Assembly: GCF_001194135.2 (NCBI RefSeq)
Contig: NC_068981.1
Coordinates: 4,823,417 to 4,887,416, forward strand
DNA: 64,000 nt
From: Octopus bimaculoides
Taxonomy: Eukaryota
Direction of reading: 5' to 3'
Positions 36,751-47,199 of this stretch are shown here, in pieces. A model generated the notes under the pieces. That model did no database searches and was not told where the DNA came from. It saw nothing but the letters and a program-made list of their open reading frames with translations. Made by a program: the position numbers and the translations under genes. Position 1 is the first letter of the stretch, and every line of letters starts with the position of its first letter.

Positions 36751-37434
36751 TATATATATATATATATATGTGTATATGTATTCATCATCATTTAACATCC
36801 ATTTTTCCTTGCAGTTCACTAAGGTCGATTTTCTGCGGCTGTATGCTCTTTCAGTCATCAACCCTCACCTGTTACAAATTAAGGTAACATTTTTTTTAGT
36901 CCTTGAAATCTACACAACACACACCAACCAAGCACATGTATGGCATTAGCATCATCCTCATCGTCGTGGCATCTGCTATTTCCATGCTTGCTCATGCTGG
37001 AGCAATTCCTGTCATCCCACCCTCACCTCTTTCCAACTAAGAGGTTGAATAATCCCCTAGGTCTACCAAACAGCCACAACAGCTGGGGCATGGTTATACA
37101 ATGGTCCAGAAGTAAGGGGCAGCAGCTGGATGAGCCCTTTGCGTACAAAGATAACACCTCAAGACACCCAGATGTTCTTAGAGACCCTAATGAACAACTG
37201 TTGTTTACAGTCAATGAACACCCGTAAGGATGAAGGGAAATATGAACTCGCAAAGACACATATAAGCATATATTATATTCACACATGCACGTGTGTATGT
37301 GTGTATATTGTCCATTTTTCCATGTTGGCATGGGTTGGACGGTTTGATAGAATCCAATGAGCCCCAGGGCTGCGTCAAACTCCAATGTCAGCTTTGGCTT
37401 GGTTTCTACAGCTAGAAACCATTCCTAGCTTTTT

Positions 37435-37665
37435 TCATATTTATTTCTTTACTGCCAACAGGGGGCTAAACATAGAGGGGACAAACAAAGGGGTTAAGTC
37501 AATTATATCGACCCCAGTGCATAACTGGTACTTAATTTATCGACCCTGAAAAGATGAAAGGCAAAGTCGACCTCGGCAGAATTTGAACTCAGAACATAAA
37601 GACAGACTAAATACCGCTAAGCATTTCGCCCAGTTTGCTAACGTTTCTGCCAGCTCACCGCTTTT
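37435..37665 (-). mobile_element. SINE family B, alternative tail
   Basis: Same head and core as the other B copies, but the tail is TTTGTTTGTCCCCTCTATGTTTAGCCCCC...AAAGAAATA. Confidence 0.8.
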
Positions 37666-39104
37666 TTCATGATATTTGTACAAGTGAGGTCACCAAATAA
37701 CTTACAAGAAAAGAACAAGAAGAAGAAGCTCCTTTAACTAAAATGGGTGAGTATTTGAGTTGGGGTGGAGTGATGGTTCTATGCAAGGTATTGACAGGCT
37801 AAAGTGTGATGGACAAGCCAAAGTGTCTTGTTATAGAAGAGATATAAGGCTGGTGGGAGTAACTGGAAAAACATCATGTAACATCCGTTTCTCATGCTGG
37901 CATGGGTTGGATGCTTTGACAGGATGTAGTGTGTCAGGCTCCAATATCAGCTTTGGCATGGTCTCTACGGCTGAATATTCTTCCTAATTTTACAGAGTGC
38001 TTTCTTTTTTTTTTTTTTTTTTGTGATACTTGCATGAGTGAGGTTTCCAAAGAATTTGTAAGATAGGAAAGAACAAGAAAAGAGGGGGGGGAACCGCCCT
38101 CAATAAAGGTGGGAGAGAGGTGGCTTTATGCTAGGGATGGGCTGAGGTGTATTGCTACAGGGAAGATACATGGCTCTCCTCACATTGTATAAGGGTGGGA
38201 AGAAGATAAAATGGTAGTGATGGGGTGCAAGAGCAAACCCTCAAGGAGCAAAGGATGATGTGACTGGTGGATGAGGAGAAGGGAGACATTTGGAGGGGTG
38301 GGGGTGAAAGTTGATTGGATATTGAGGGAAGAGGTGAATGTAATGAGAGATGAACAAGAATTGAGGTGTGGTTTGATGAGAAATATCAGCATGGGGGGGG
38401 GGGATTCAGAGAGATAGAAGTAGCTCGGGGAATAAGGGATGACGAGTGGGAGGGAGGGAGATGTAAATGTACATAAGGGGTCTGTTTTGGCATGGATGCC
38501 CTCCCTAACACCAACCATTTTACAGAGTGTACAGGGTGCTTTTTACATTGCACCATCATCAGTGCTTTTTATGTGGCACCAGCACTAATAGGGTCACCAA
38601 GTATCATGCCAGACAAAAACCCCTCAACTGGGAGAGGGTGGAACAGTATTGAGTGCATGTGGTTTTGTGCCAGTTGAGAGATTAAAGGTAGAGAGGGGAC
38701 AGATATATATAAGTGTTTTGCTGTAATGCCCACATACTTATATTTGGATTGTGATGTATATTAAAATGCATTCAATAATCTTTTATTTAAACTAAACGAA
38801 ATATTTTCACAAAATAGAATGAAGATCACATCTGGTAACGTCTCCTTCTTCAGTTTCGGCCATACTTTGGAATGGTCAAAATTTTTGCTGTATATTTATA
38901 TTATTATGCCGGTAAAATTCACTCCTGACAACGTTTGTCCTAGCATGGCTTCTTTCTACTGTTTCCAGAAGACCATTATTGACGATACGATGACCGTAGA
39001 TTGATGAAGAGCGGGATGGTATTTGTTTTGAAACTTCCTGAAAAGAAAAGAACGAAAAGGGCTCAAGAAGGATCAGAAATGGAGGGTTCACAAGAAGATT
39101 AATA

Positions 39105-39535
39105 ATAATAATAATAATAATCCTTTCTACTATAGGCACAAGGCCTGAGATTTGAGGGGAGGGGGCTAGTTGATTACATTGACCCTCAAGTATTTAACTG
39201 GGACTTATTTTACTGACCCTGAAAGGATGAAAGGTAATGCCGACCCCAGTGGAACTTGAACTCAGAACATAAAGGTGGACAAAATGTTGCTGCCCTTCAC
39301 CACCAGCTTAATAATAGTAATAACAATCCTTTCTACTATAGGCACAAGGCCTGGATTTTGTGGGGAGGGGGACAGCCAATCATATCAACCTCAGGACTCA
39401 GCTGGTATTTATTTTATCGACCCCGAAAGGATGAAAGGCAAAGTCAACCTCGGCGGAATTTGAACTCAGAACATGAAGACTGGATGAAATGCTGCTAAGC
39501 ATTTTGTCGAGTGTGTTAATGATTCTGCCAGGTCA
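39105..39535 (-). mobile_element. Two tandem SINE family B copies
   Basis: (AAT)n-CCTTTCTACTATAGGCACAAGGCCTG...CCCGAAAGGATGAAAGG...TTGAACTCAGAAC occurs twice (39105-39305, 39310-39535). Confidence 0.8.
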
Positions 39536-39539
39536 CTAT

Positions 39540-39880
39540 CATCATCATCATCATCATCACTTAACATCTGTTTTCCATGCTGGCATGGGGTGGATGATTC
39601 AACTGGGGTCTGGGATGCTAGGAGGCTGCACCAGGCTCCAATCTGATCTGGCAGTGCTTCTACAGCTGGATGCCCTTCTTAACGCCAACCATTCCAAGAG
39701 TGTAGTGGGTACTTTTTTACGTGCCACCGGCACAGGGACCAGAGGGGGCTGGCATAGACCACAATCAGATGGTGTTTTTTACGTCCCACCAGCACAGGAG
39801 CTAGTCAAGGCGGGGCTGGCATCGGCCACGTTTGGATGGTGCTTTTTACATGCCACCAACAAAGGGACCACAACTACAAT
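39540..39880 (-). mobile_element. RTE-LINE 3' UTR/tail (family C)
   Basis: (CAT)n tail, family C core and the GTGCCACCGGCAC internal repeats seen in the RTE 3' UTR at 45200-45600. Confidence 0.8.
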
Positions 39881-40353
39881 TTCCATTTGATTTTGATTTT
39901 GATGTACTTGACTCAATAGGTCTCCTCAAGCATGGCATGTCACCCTATGATCCAAGGTACTTTTGAGTGGGTTGGTTATGCGACACAGGTGTAGGTTACA
40001 GCTGTGAACTCACTTTATTTGCTGGTTCTTCTTAGTCACAGCATATCTCCAGATGCCTTAATAAATAATAATAATAATAATAATGAGTTTATTGTATCCA
40101 GTGCTCAGGTGGTTTACAAGTCATCAAAAAAAGTTAAAAGAGGGGACAGAAAGCAGACATAGGTAAAGAAAGACATCAACAAAAACTAAAAAGCATACAT
40201 AAAATACACAGAAAAAAATATAGAAATACAGAAAAGTGAATATTAAAAGAGGAGTCTTAAAAGATGGAAGGATGGACAGGCATGGCAGGAGTAATGTTGG
40301 TGAACTTAGGGAAACATGGAATTTTTGACAGATGCAATGTCCGAACAGATTAA

Positions 40354-40571
40354 CCCTTTCGTTAACAAACCCAGCTAAAACCGGCTCTGGCTCTGTAGTA
40401 CATATGTTTTCAAAAGATCTCAATTAAAATCTTCCACCAAACCTTAGTCACAATTTATGTTCCTAACACTAGCTTAATGATAACAAAGTTATTTTACTAA
40501 ATTCTTTGTTATATTTAAAATTAATTGAAAGAAACACAGAGCATCTTAAAATAAATGCAGTAACGAAAGTG
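40354..40571. mobile_element. piggyBac-type MITE, 218 bp
   Basis: TTAA|CCCTTTCGTTA ... GTAACGAAAGTG|TTAA. Related fragments lie near 25500-25590 and 32400-32500. Confidence 0.8.
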
Positions 40572-41084
40572 TTAAGAACTGGTTTGAGTTATTTATTCCA
40601 TGATTTGACAATTCCAAACATGAAAAAAAAAATGTTTCTGAAAGTGATGAGTGCAGCATGGTTTTATTTATATTATTATTATGTCTGCAATTGGAAGAGA
40701 GATTGAAGTGAAACAGGTGGCCAAAGTTGTTGGGAAAATAGTGGATAATCTTACAAGTCAGCTTCAGCATTGATATCCAGAAAAGCAAGACATTTAAAAT
40801 ATGGTAAGTGACTGACAGAGTATATTTGTCTGGTTCCACATCTCAGGACTGTTTCCAATAGACTGATATTCTAAAGAGGAAGATGGAGATGCAAACTGTT
40901 AAGTGTGGATGCACTTAAATAGCTTTATATATATTTAAATAGCTATGTTTAAATGTACTGTATGTGTGTGTGTATATATATATATATATGTATGTATGTA
41001 TATGTATATATGTATGTGTATATATATATGAATGTATATGTATGTATGTGTATATATATATGTATGTGTATATGTATGTAGGTA

Positions 41085-41122
<38 letters not shown>

Positions 41123-41205
41123 CTTGGACTCAAAACTATTAGAAATATCAAGTGAAAGTCAATATATTTGGTGTCTGTTCTGCTGTGGATCAACATGCAT
41201 CAGCT

Positions 41206-41851
41206 TGTAACAGGAATTCGAAACCGGATCCCTGGATATGTGGTCAAATACCACAACCAAACCACAGTAGTTTCACATGATCAGTCTACTAAGCAATCAG
41301 TGTCAAGCCTTCATGTAATTCAGTCTTCTAGAATCTTCTTCTTGTACCCTATATAAAGGTGCCATTTGGCACCTAAACTCTTTACAGAGCACTGAGACCA
41401 GCCAACTCATTTATACATTTCACCTCTTGCCAAGTGGCTGAGTAACACATGCCTCCACTCCAGCCAAGCAGCTCTGACAAATTGCAGAATGTTCAGGTAC
41501 CTGGTAGTTGTGTTTCCATTCTTGCCACAGCCAGACGACCCATGAAGACAGTTAAGATAGATGACAGGAATCTCCATCACCAAGAATATGGCACAATTGT
41601 TTCCAGTTATGTCAAGCGACCCACATGTTGCTTGCCATAAACTCCAATCAGTATGTCTCACCCAGTATGTAATTATTGGTGTTGTTATTTGTAAAAGACC
41701 AACACAGGTTACCTGTGTACAATAATAAAATCTTCTGTTAATTGTTTGCAGATGTTGTCGGTTACTTTCTCATGCAGCCCAAGAAATACATTTTCATTCA
41801 TCAACTTGACCAGTCATCACCACAGACCAGCCAACAAACACACTCGCGACA
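41206..41851 (+). mobile_element. Solo LTR (Ty3/Gypsy-like), 646 bp
   Basis: TG...CA termini (TGTAACAGG ... CTCGCGACA), 4-bp TSD AGCT (41202-05, 41852-55), TATATAAA at 41350 and AATAAA at 41724. Homologous copies lie at 4161-4378 and 56611-57179. Confidence 0.8.
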
Positions 41852-41942
41852 AGCTCTTTATTTCAACTCTATATTTAAAAGATGAGGAATTATGTACATT
41901 ATTTACATTTGATGGATATTTGTCCTCATCTTGTTTGTTGTT

Positions 41943-41988
41943 AACACAACGTTTCGGCTGATATACCCTCCAGCCTTCATCAGGTGTC
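41943..41988 (-). ncRNA. Minimal type I hammerhead ribozyme (intact)
   Basis: Minus strand: GACAC (stem I) - CUGAUGA - extra A - GGCUG/loop GAGGGUAUAU/CAGCC (stem II) - GAAA - palindromic ACGU stem III - GUU cleavage triplet - GUGUU (stem I partner). Predicted cut between 41948 and 41947. Confidence 0.8.
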
Positions 41989-42035
41989 TTGGGGAAATTT
42001 CGAACCTGGGTTCTCATTCCTAAGGTATTTTTCGA

Positions 42036-42079
<44 letters not shown>

Positions 42080-42278
42080 TCACTGCCTGGAATCAAACTT
42101 GGAATCTTGGGGTTAGTAGCCTGCACTCTTAACCACTATGTCATATGCCCGTGGGTTAAGTGTACAGGCTATTAACCCCAAGATTCCGAGTTCAATTCCA
42201 GTCAGTGACCTGAATAATAATAATAATAACATCGAAAAATACCTTAGGAATGAGAACCCAGGTTTGAGATTTCCCCAA

Positions 42279-42321
42279 GACACCTGATGAAGGCTGGAGG
42301 GTATATCAGCCGAAACATGTT
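42279..42321 (+). pseudogene. Disrupted hammerhead copy in the right arm
   Basis: CTGATGA, stem II and GAAAC are intact, but CGTTGTGTT is reduced to CATGTT, so the stem I partner is lost. Confidence 0.7.
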
Positions 42322-43149
42322 AACAACAAACAAGATGAGGACAAATATCTGTCAAATGTAAATAAAGCTGTTTATTTTATAGGAAACAGGATGAAGACAC
42401 TAATCACAAACAGGTGGAGATTACAAATATAGATTTCCTGATTATGGAGAGTGTGTGTTCTGGTCATGTACACTGGATAATTAATAATGGCCAAGAATTT
42501 ATTAGTTTTGAGAAATTATTTATTTTATATTATGATTGCTGAATCAACATCATTAGTTATAGGGATCAATCACTGGTTTATGGTATTTGTGATGGTGAGC
42601 AGCAAGGGAGTGTATGTAGTATGGCACAGAACAAATATATCAAGGGACTTCATTCGTGAATCACTGGTTTTCAATTCTCTTGCTGATTTCGACATACATA
42701 CAAACATATATACACATGTATGTATGTACGTATATATATATATATACATATACACACACATATATGTGTGAGTGTGTGTACATTTTACAGATATAACTTT
42801 TCAAGTATATGGATTGCACAATGATGTTTCAAGCATAGAAATTGGAAAAGAAAAACTTGCAAAAGTTACGGAAAATGGTGCAAACAAATTTGAGGAGGAT
42901 TGGAATGTCCAAATGCCTCCATTTTTNNNNNNNNNNCTCGGAAAAAATTTCAAGAAAATTCAGCAAAAAATATCCATTTTTCAGAAATTTCAGATATGTA
43001 TTCTATCAAGAAGAAAGAAAATCGTGGGGCACCAATCTGAAGATATGCCCTGAAATTATCGTTCGTCTTCACCTGTCTCATTAAACATATAAAGGGGAGG
43101 TAACTTAGTCTAGTTTTGTTGAATGCCGTTTAAATTGTCAGTAAATAAT

Positions 43150-43545
43150 TACTCTTTTACTTGTTTCAGTCATTTGACTGTGGCCATGCTGGGACACCAC
43201 CTTTAGTCGAGTAAATCGACCCCAGGACTTATTCTATCGGTCTCTTTTGCCGAACCACTAGATAAGTTACGGGGACATAAACACACCACCATCGGTTGTC
43301 AAGTGATGTTGGGGGGACAAACAGACACACAAACACACACCACTTAGCTAGTGGTTCGGCAAAAGAGACCGATATATATATATGCGACAGGGCTCTTTCA
43401 GTTTCCGTCTACCAAATCCACTCACATGGTTTTGATCTGTCTGAGGCTATAGTAGAAGACACTTGCCCAAGATGCCACGCAGTGGGAATGAACCCAGAAC
43501 CATGTGGTTGGTAAGCAAGTTACCACACAGCCACTCCTGCGCCTA
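43150..43545 (-). mobile_element. SINE family A, full length, with an internal 33-bp inverted duplication
   Basis: Runs from the tail TACTCTTTTACTTGTTTCAG to the head ...TACCACACAGCCACTCCTGCGCC. 43235-43267 is repeated in inverse orientation at 43342-43374. Confidence 0.88.
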
Positions 43546-43649
43546 TGAAAAGAAAATTATTATATTTGTTTAGGGAGTTTCAGGAAGGTTTAATAATGCG
43601 TGCGTACATACATACATACATACATATATAGGACACTATAATAAAATCT

Positions 43650-44330
43650 GTTGGAAGGGTAACCCCAAGGACAAGGAAATAAGAATCCACAGTATGGTAG
43701 AAGCCATAGCCACTGATAATAAAAAGGAGTAGTGGTGGAATGTTCCAGTGAAGACCTCAATAGAATGTAAGCACAATAGACCTGATATAATGATTTGGGA
43801 TAGAGAAGAGAAACTGTGCACAGTTGTGGAAATTAGCTGCCCAGCAGATATTAACATAAAGCTGAAGGTCAGTGAAAAAGAGAACACCAATGCTGAACTA
43901 TTGATAAATTTGCAGTTAATCTATCCAGATTACAAGTTCAGGTTTATACCTGTAATTATTTGGGCCCTGGGATATGTAACACTACCTAAATACCAATCTT
44001 GAGAAATTAGCCTTCTCAAAACCAGAAGGGAGAAAGCTTATTCGAAGACTACAGATCCAATCCATCACTGGAACTGTAGAAATTTGTCAAACATTCCAGA
44101 AGTTTATCATTTAAATATATATGGACATGTCTAGATATGTAATTATATGTATGAGAATACATACATAATGCAAACCATACAAATCTGCTCATATATATAC
44201 AAACAAAAATACCCTGTTGTTGATGTTGAAATTCCAATGAAGGAGCTTTGGAACTAGGTTAGAAACCAGCTCTTTCTCTATTGGCAAGAAATCTTGAAAT
44301 AAAACTGAACAATGTTCCCTACTCTTCCTG
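43650..44330 (+). mobile_element. 5'-truncated RLE-type non-LTR element (CRE/R4/NeSL group): endonuclease domain and 3' UTR
   Basis: WWNVPVKTSIECKHNRPDIMIWDREEKLCTVVEISCPADINI...FIPVIIWALGYV, then after a frameshift KLIRRLQIQSITGTVEICQTFQKFII*. Confidence 0.85.
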
Positions 44331-44554
44331 CTTCACAACTAGTATTGGTGCGTTTATGTTCCTGTAACTTAGCAGTTCAGCAAAACAGAGGAAATAAATA
44401 AGTACTAGGCTTAAAAATAAACTAAGTCTTGGGAGTCGACTTGTTTGACTAAAACCCTTCAAGGTGGTGCTCCAGCATGGCTACAGTCAAATGACTGAAA
44501 CAAGTAAAAGATAAAAGAATCTATATTTGTCTGAGTGTGCGTGTGTATATACAT

Positions 44555-44585
<31 letters not shown>

Positions 44586-44684
44586 CATATTATATAGATA
44601 TATATATATATATATATATATATANNNNNNNNNNNNNNNNNNNNNNNNNNNNNNNNNNNNNNNNNNNNNNNNNNNNNNNNNNNN

Positions 44685-44715
<31 letters not shown>

Positions 44716-44789
44716 CGAGAGGCTGCATGTTTTTAATTTTGCACATGCACATTGTTTTTGATTTTGTTGACTACACAGTATAGTACAGT

Positions 44790-45600
44790 CAGTTGGGCAC
44801 CGTCTGGTATGGACATGTGGCAAGAATGGATGAGGATAGCTGTGTGAAAAAGTTCCACACCCTAGCGGTTGAGGGAACCTGTGGAAGAAGCAGGTCCAGG
44901 AAGACCTGGGATGAGGTGGTGAAGCATGACCTTTGAACATTAGGTCTCACCAAGGCAATGACTTGTGACCGAGACCTTTGGAAATATGCTGTGCATGAGA
45001 AGACTCGGCAAGCCAAGTGAGATCATAACCCATAGCCTATACCAGGGGTGTAACCAGCCCACTTATGCATACCTTTCTTTCATTGGACACTAAGCTCTGC
45101 TTGTGAAGACCTGTTGAGCCAAGTGAAATTGAAATCGAATCAAATTCGATGACTGGCACCCGTGCCAGTGGAGCGCTAAGAGCACCATCCGACCATGATC
45201 GTTGCAAGAGCTGCTGACTGGCTTCCATGCCAGAAGCACATAAAATGCACCATTCAAGCGTCACCTTACAGGCACTTGTGCCGGTGGCACATGAAAAAAC
45301 ATTCGAGCGAGGTCGTTGCTAATGCCGCCAGACTGGCTCCTGTGCAGGTGGCATGTAAAACACACCATTTGAGCGTGGCCGTTGCCAGTACCGCCTGACT
45401 GGCCCTCATGCTGGTGGCACATAAAAGCACCCACTACACTCTCAGAGTGGTTGGCATTAGGAAGAGCATCCAGCTGTAGAAACTCTGCCAGATCAGATTG
45501 GAGCCTGGTGCAGCCATCTGGTTCGCCAGTCCTCAGTCAAATCATCCAACTCATGCTAGCATGGAAAGCGGACATATGATGATGATGAGGAGGAGGAGGA
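44790..45600 (+). mobile_element. RTE (BovB-like) LINE 3' end
   Basis: WYGHVARMDEDSCVKK...EGTCGRSRSRKTWDEVVKHDL...KTRQAK*, then a repeat-rich 3' UTR and (GAT)n tail. Confidence 0.88.
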
Positions 45601-46509
45601 GGATGATTGGTCAACTCAAGGCTACTGTATAAGACATTTACCCAAAGTACTAGACAGCAGAGGTAAACAACCTGGGACCACATGGAGACCTCATGGTTCC
45701 AAAGGCTAAATTTCTTAACTGTATGGCTATGCCCTGAAAAACAAGGTAACAGCTTATGTACACACAATAACCTTAACTGCAAAATTCCACTGCTAATTCT
45801 GGTCAGGATACACAAAACAACTGAATGCAAATCTCTCTGGTTTGGTTCTTCGACACAATAAGAAAATGTCAGTGACATCCATTCTGTAAAATGGTAAGTC
45901 TATAGAAGTCTGATTGTTCATTGAAGGAATGTCCAGTTCTATGTTCTTCAAATGTTTGGTTTGTAGAACCATAAAATGGAAATCAATAATTTTGTCTCCA
46001 TTTTATTGTGGATTAACATAGATTATCTCTTTTATTAGATCTGTGTGTAATGGGTGAGGGGAGGAGGAGGAGGAGAGAGATTCAGTCAGTCGTAGACGAT
46101 GGGGACGGAAGAAGGAGGAAAGAAAAAAACAACAAGGATGGTAAAGATAAAAGTAAAATGCAATGAAGAAATAAAGAAAAAATAACCAGTTAAAATTATT
46201 TTACGTATAGAGAAATACCAGAAGGTATATGACAGCAGCTTACAACAACAACAACAATAATAACAACAACAACAACAATAATAATAATAATAACAACAAT
46301 AATAATAACAATAATAATAATAATGATTTCATTTATTTGCCACAAGGGCGAAAGTTGAGGGGGACAATACAGAGACAGACATAAAGTGTTGGGGTTTCCA
46401 TATAATAATGAAATGATGAAAAAAAAAAGTATACATGGTATACACTGGAAAAGAGGGGACATATTCATAGCATACAAAGGTTAAAAAAAAGTGGGGGAGG
46501 ATGATAGAG

Positions 46510-46865
46510 ATGTGGCTCTCTTGATATAGGGATGCCTCTAGGGGTAATCGAGGAACCCCACTGTCTGAGATTTCCTTGAAACCCTAGGAGCAAGTGCCCT
46601 CTCCAATTCCTTCTCTCCGACTCACAGGTCTACACTTAGAGAGGTACCATCCACTCTTGCCATTTTCATAACTTTCACTCACCTTTCAGTAAACTCACTT
46701 GAGGACAGCACTTCCCTCTCCACTCTCAATTTCCTTTTCAAGTGAAACTTGAAGAAGTCAATGAGAGCTGTACCAAAGAGGAATGTATCTGTCCCCATGC
46801 CTTTCAGCCTTGTCCACCAAACAACCTCTTTCGAGCCACCAGGCAAGGGAAAACTGCCTTGCCGG
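46510..46865 (-). mobile_element. L1/Tx1-like LINE ORF2 C-terminus
   Basis: With one frameshift: KEVVWWTRLKGMGTDTFLFGTALIDFFKFHLKRKLRVEREVLSSSEFTER*VKVMKMARVDGTSLSVDL*. The clade assignment is from memory. Confidence 0.55.
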
Positions 46866-47199
46866 CCTGATTTCTACAATAGGCACAAGACCTGAAATTT
46901 TGGGGGAGAGGACTAGTTGGTCACAGCAACCAGAATGCTCAACTGGTACTTATTTTATTCTTCTCTACTCTAGGCACAAGGCCTGAAATTTTGGGGGAGG
47001 GGGCCAGTCGATTAGATCGATCCCAGTACACAACTGGCACTTATTTCATTGACTCACAAATGGATGAAACGCAAAGTCAACCCTGGTAGAATTTGAACTC
47101 AGAATGTAAGGATAGACAACAATAATACACACTCAATAATAATAACGACACTAGTAATAAATAACCCTTTCTACTATAGGCACAAGGATTATATAAATA

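Larger units (their letters stand above)
41866..42365. mobile_element. Head-to-head palindromic element: tRNA-like head + (AAT)n + hammerhead-bearing Penelope-type tail
   Basis: Arms 41899-42136 and 42151-42365 are reverse complements. Each reads A/B-box head (TGACATAGTGG; AGTTYRATTCC), (AAT)n, then CCCCAAGACACCTGATGAAGGCTG...CAGCCGAAAC. Confidence 0.85.

Noticed and set aside
40681-40810. MSAIGREIEVKQVAKVVGKIVDNLTSQLQH* with a nearby ATG|GTAAGT donor
   Set aside because: Only 30 codons; stops occur in all frames before the donor and there is no convincing acceptor.
42074-42220. Possible tRNA genes here and at the SINE heads (e.g. 31168, 43480-43545, 57433-57496)
   Set aside because: None has a complete acceptor stem and cloverleaf; all are repeat-associated tRNA-derived sequence.
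44234-44275. CCAATGA...GAAACC hammerhead-like arrangement in the RLE element 3' UTR
   Set aside because: The core reads CCAAUGA rather than CUGANGA, and there is no valid cleavage triplet.
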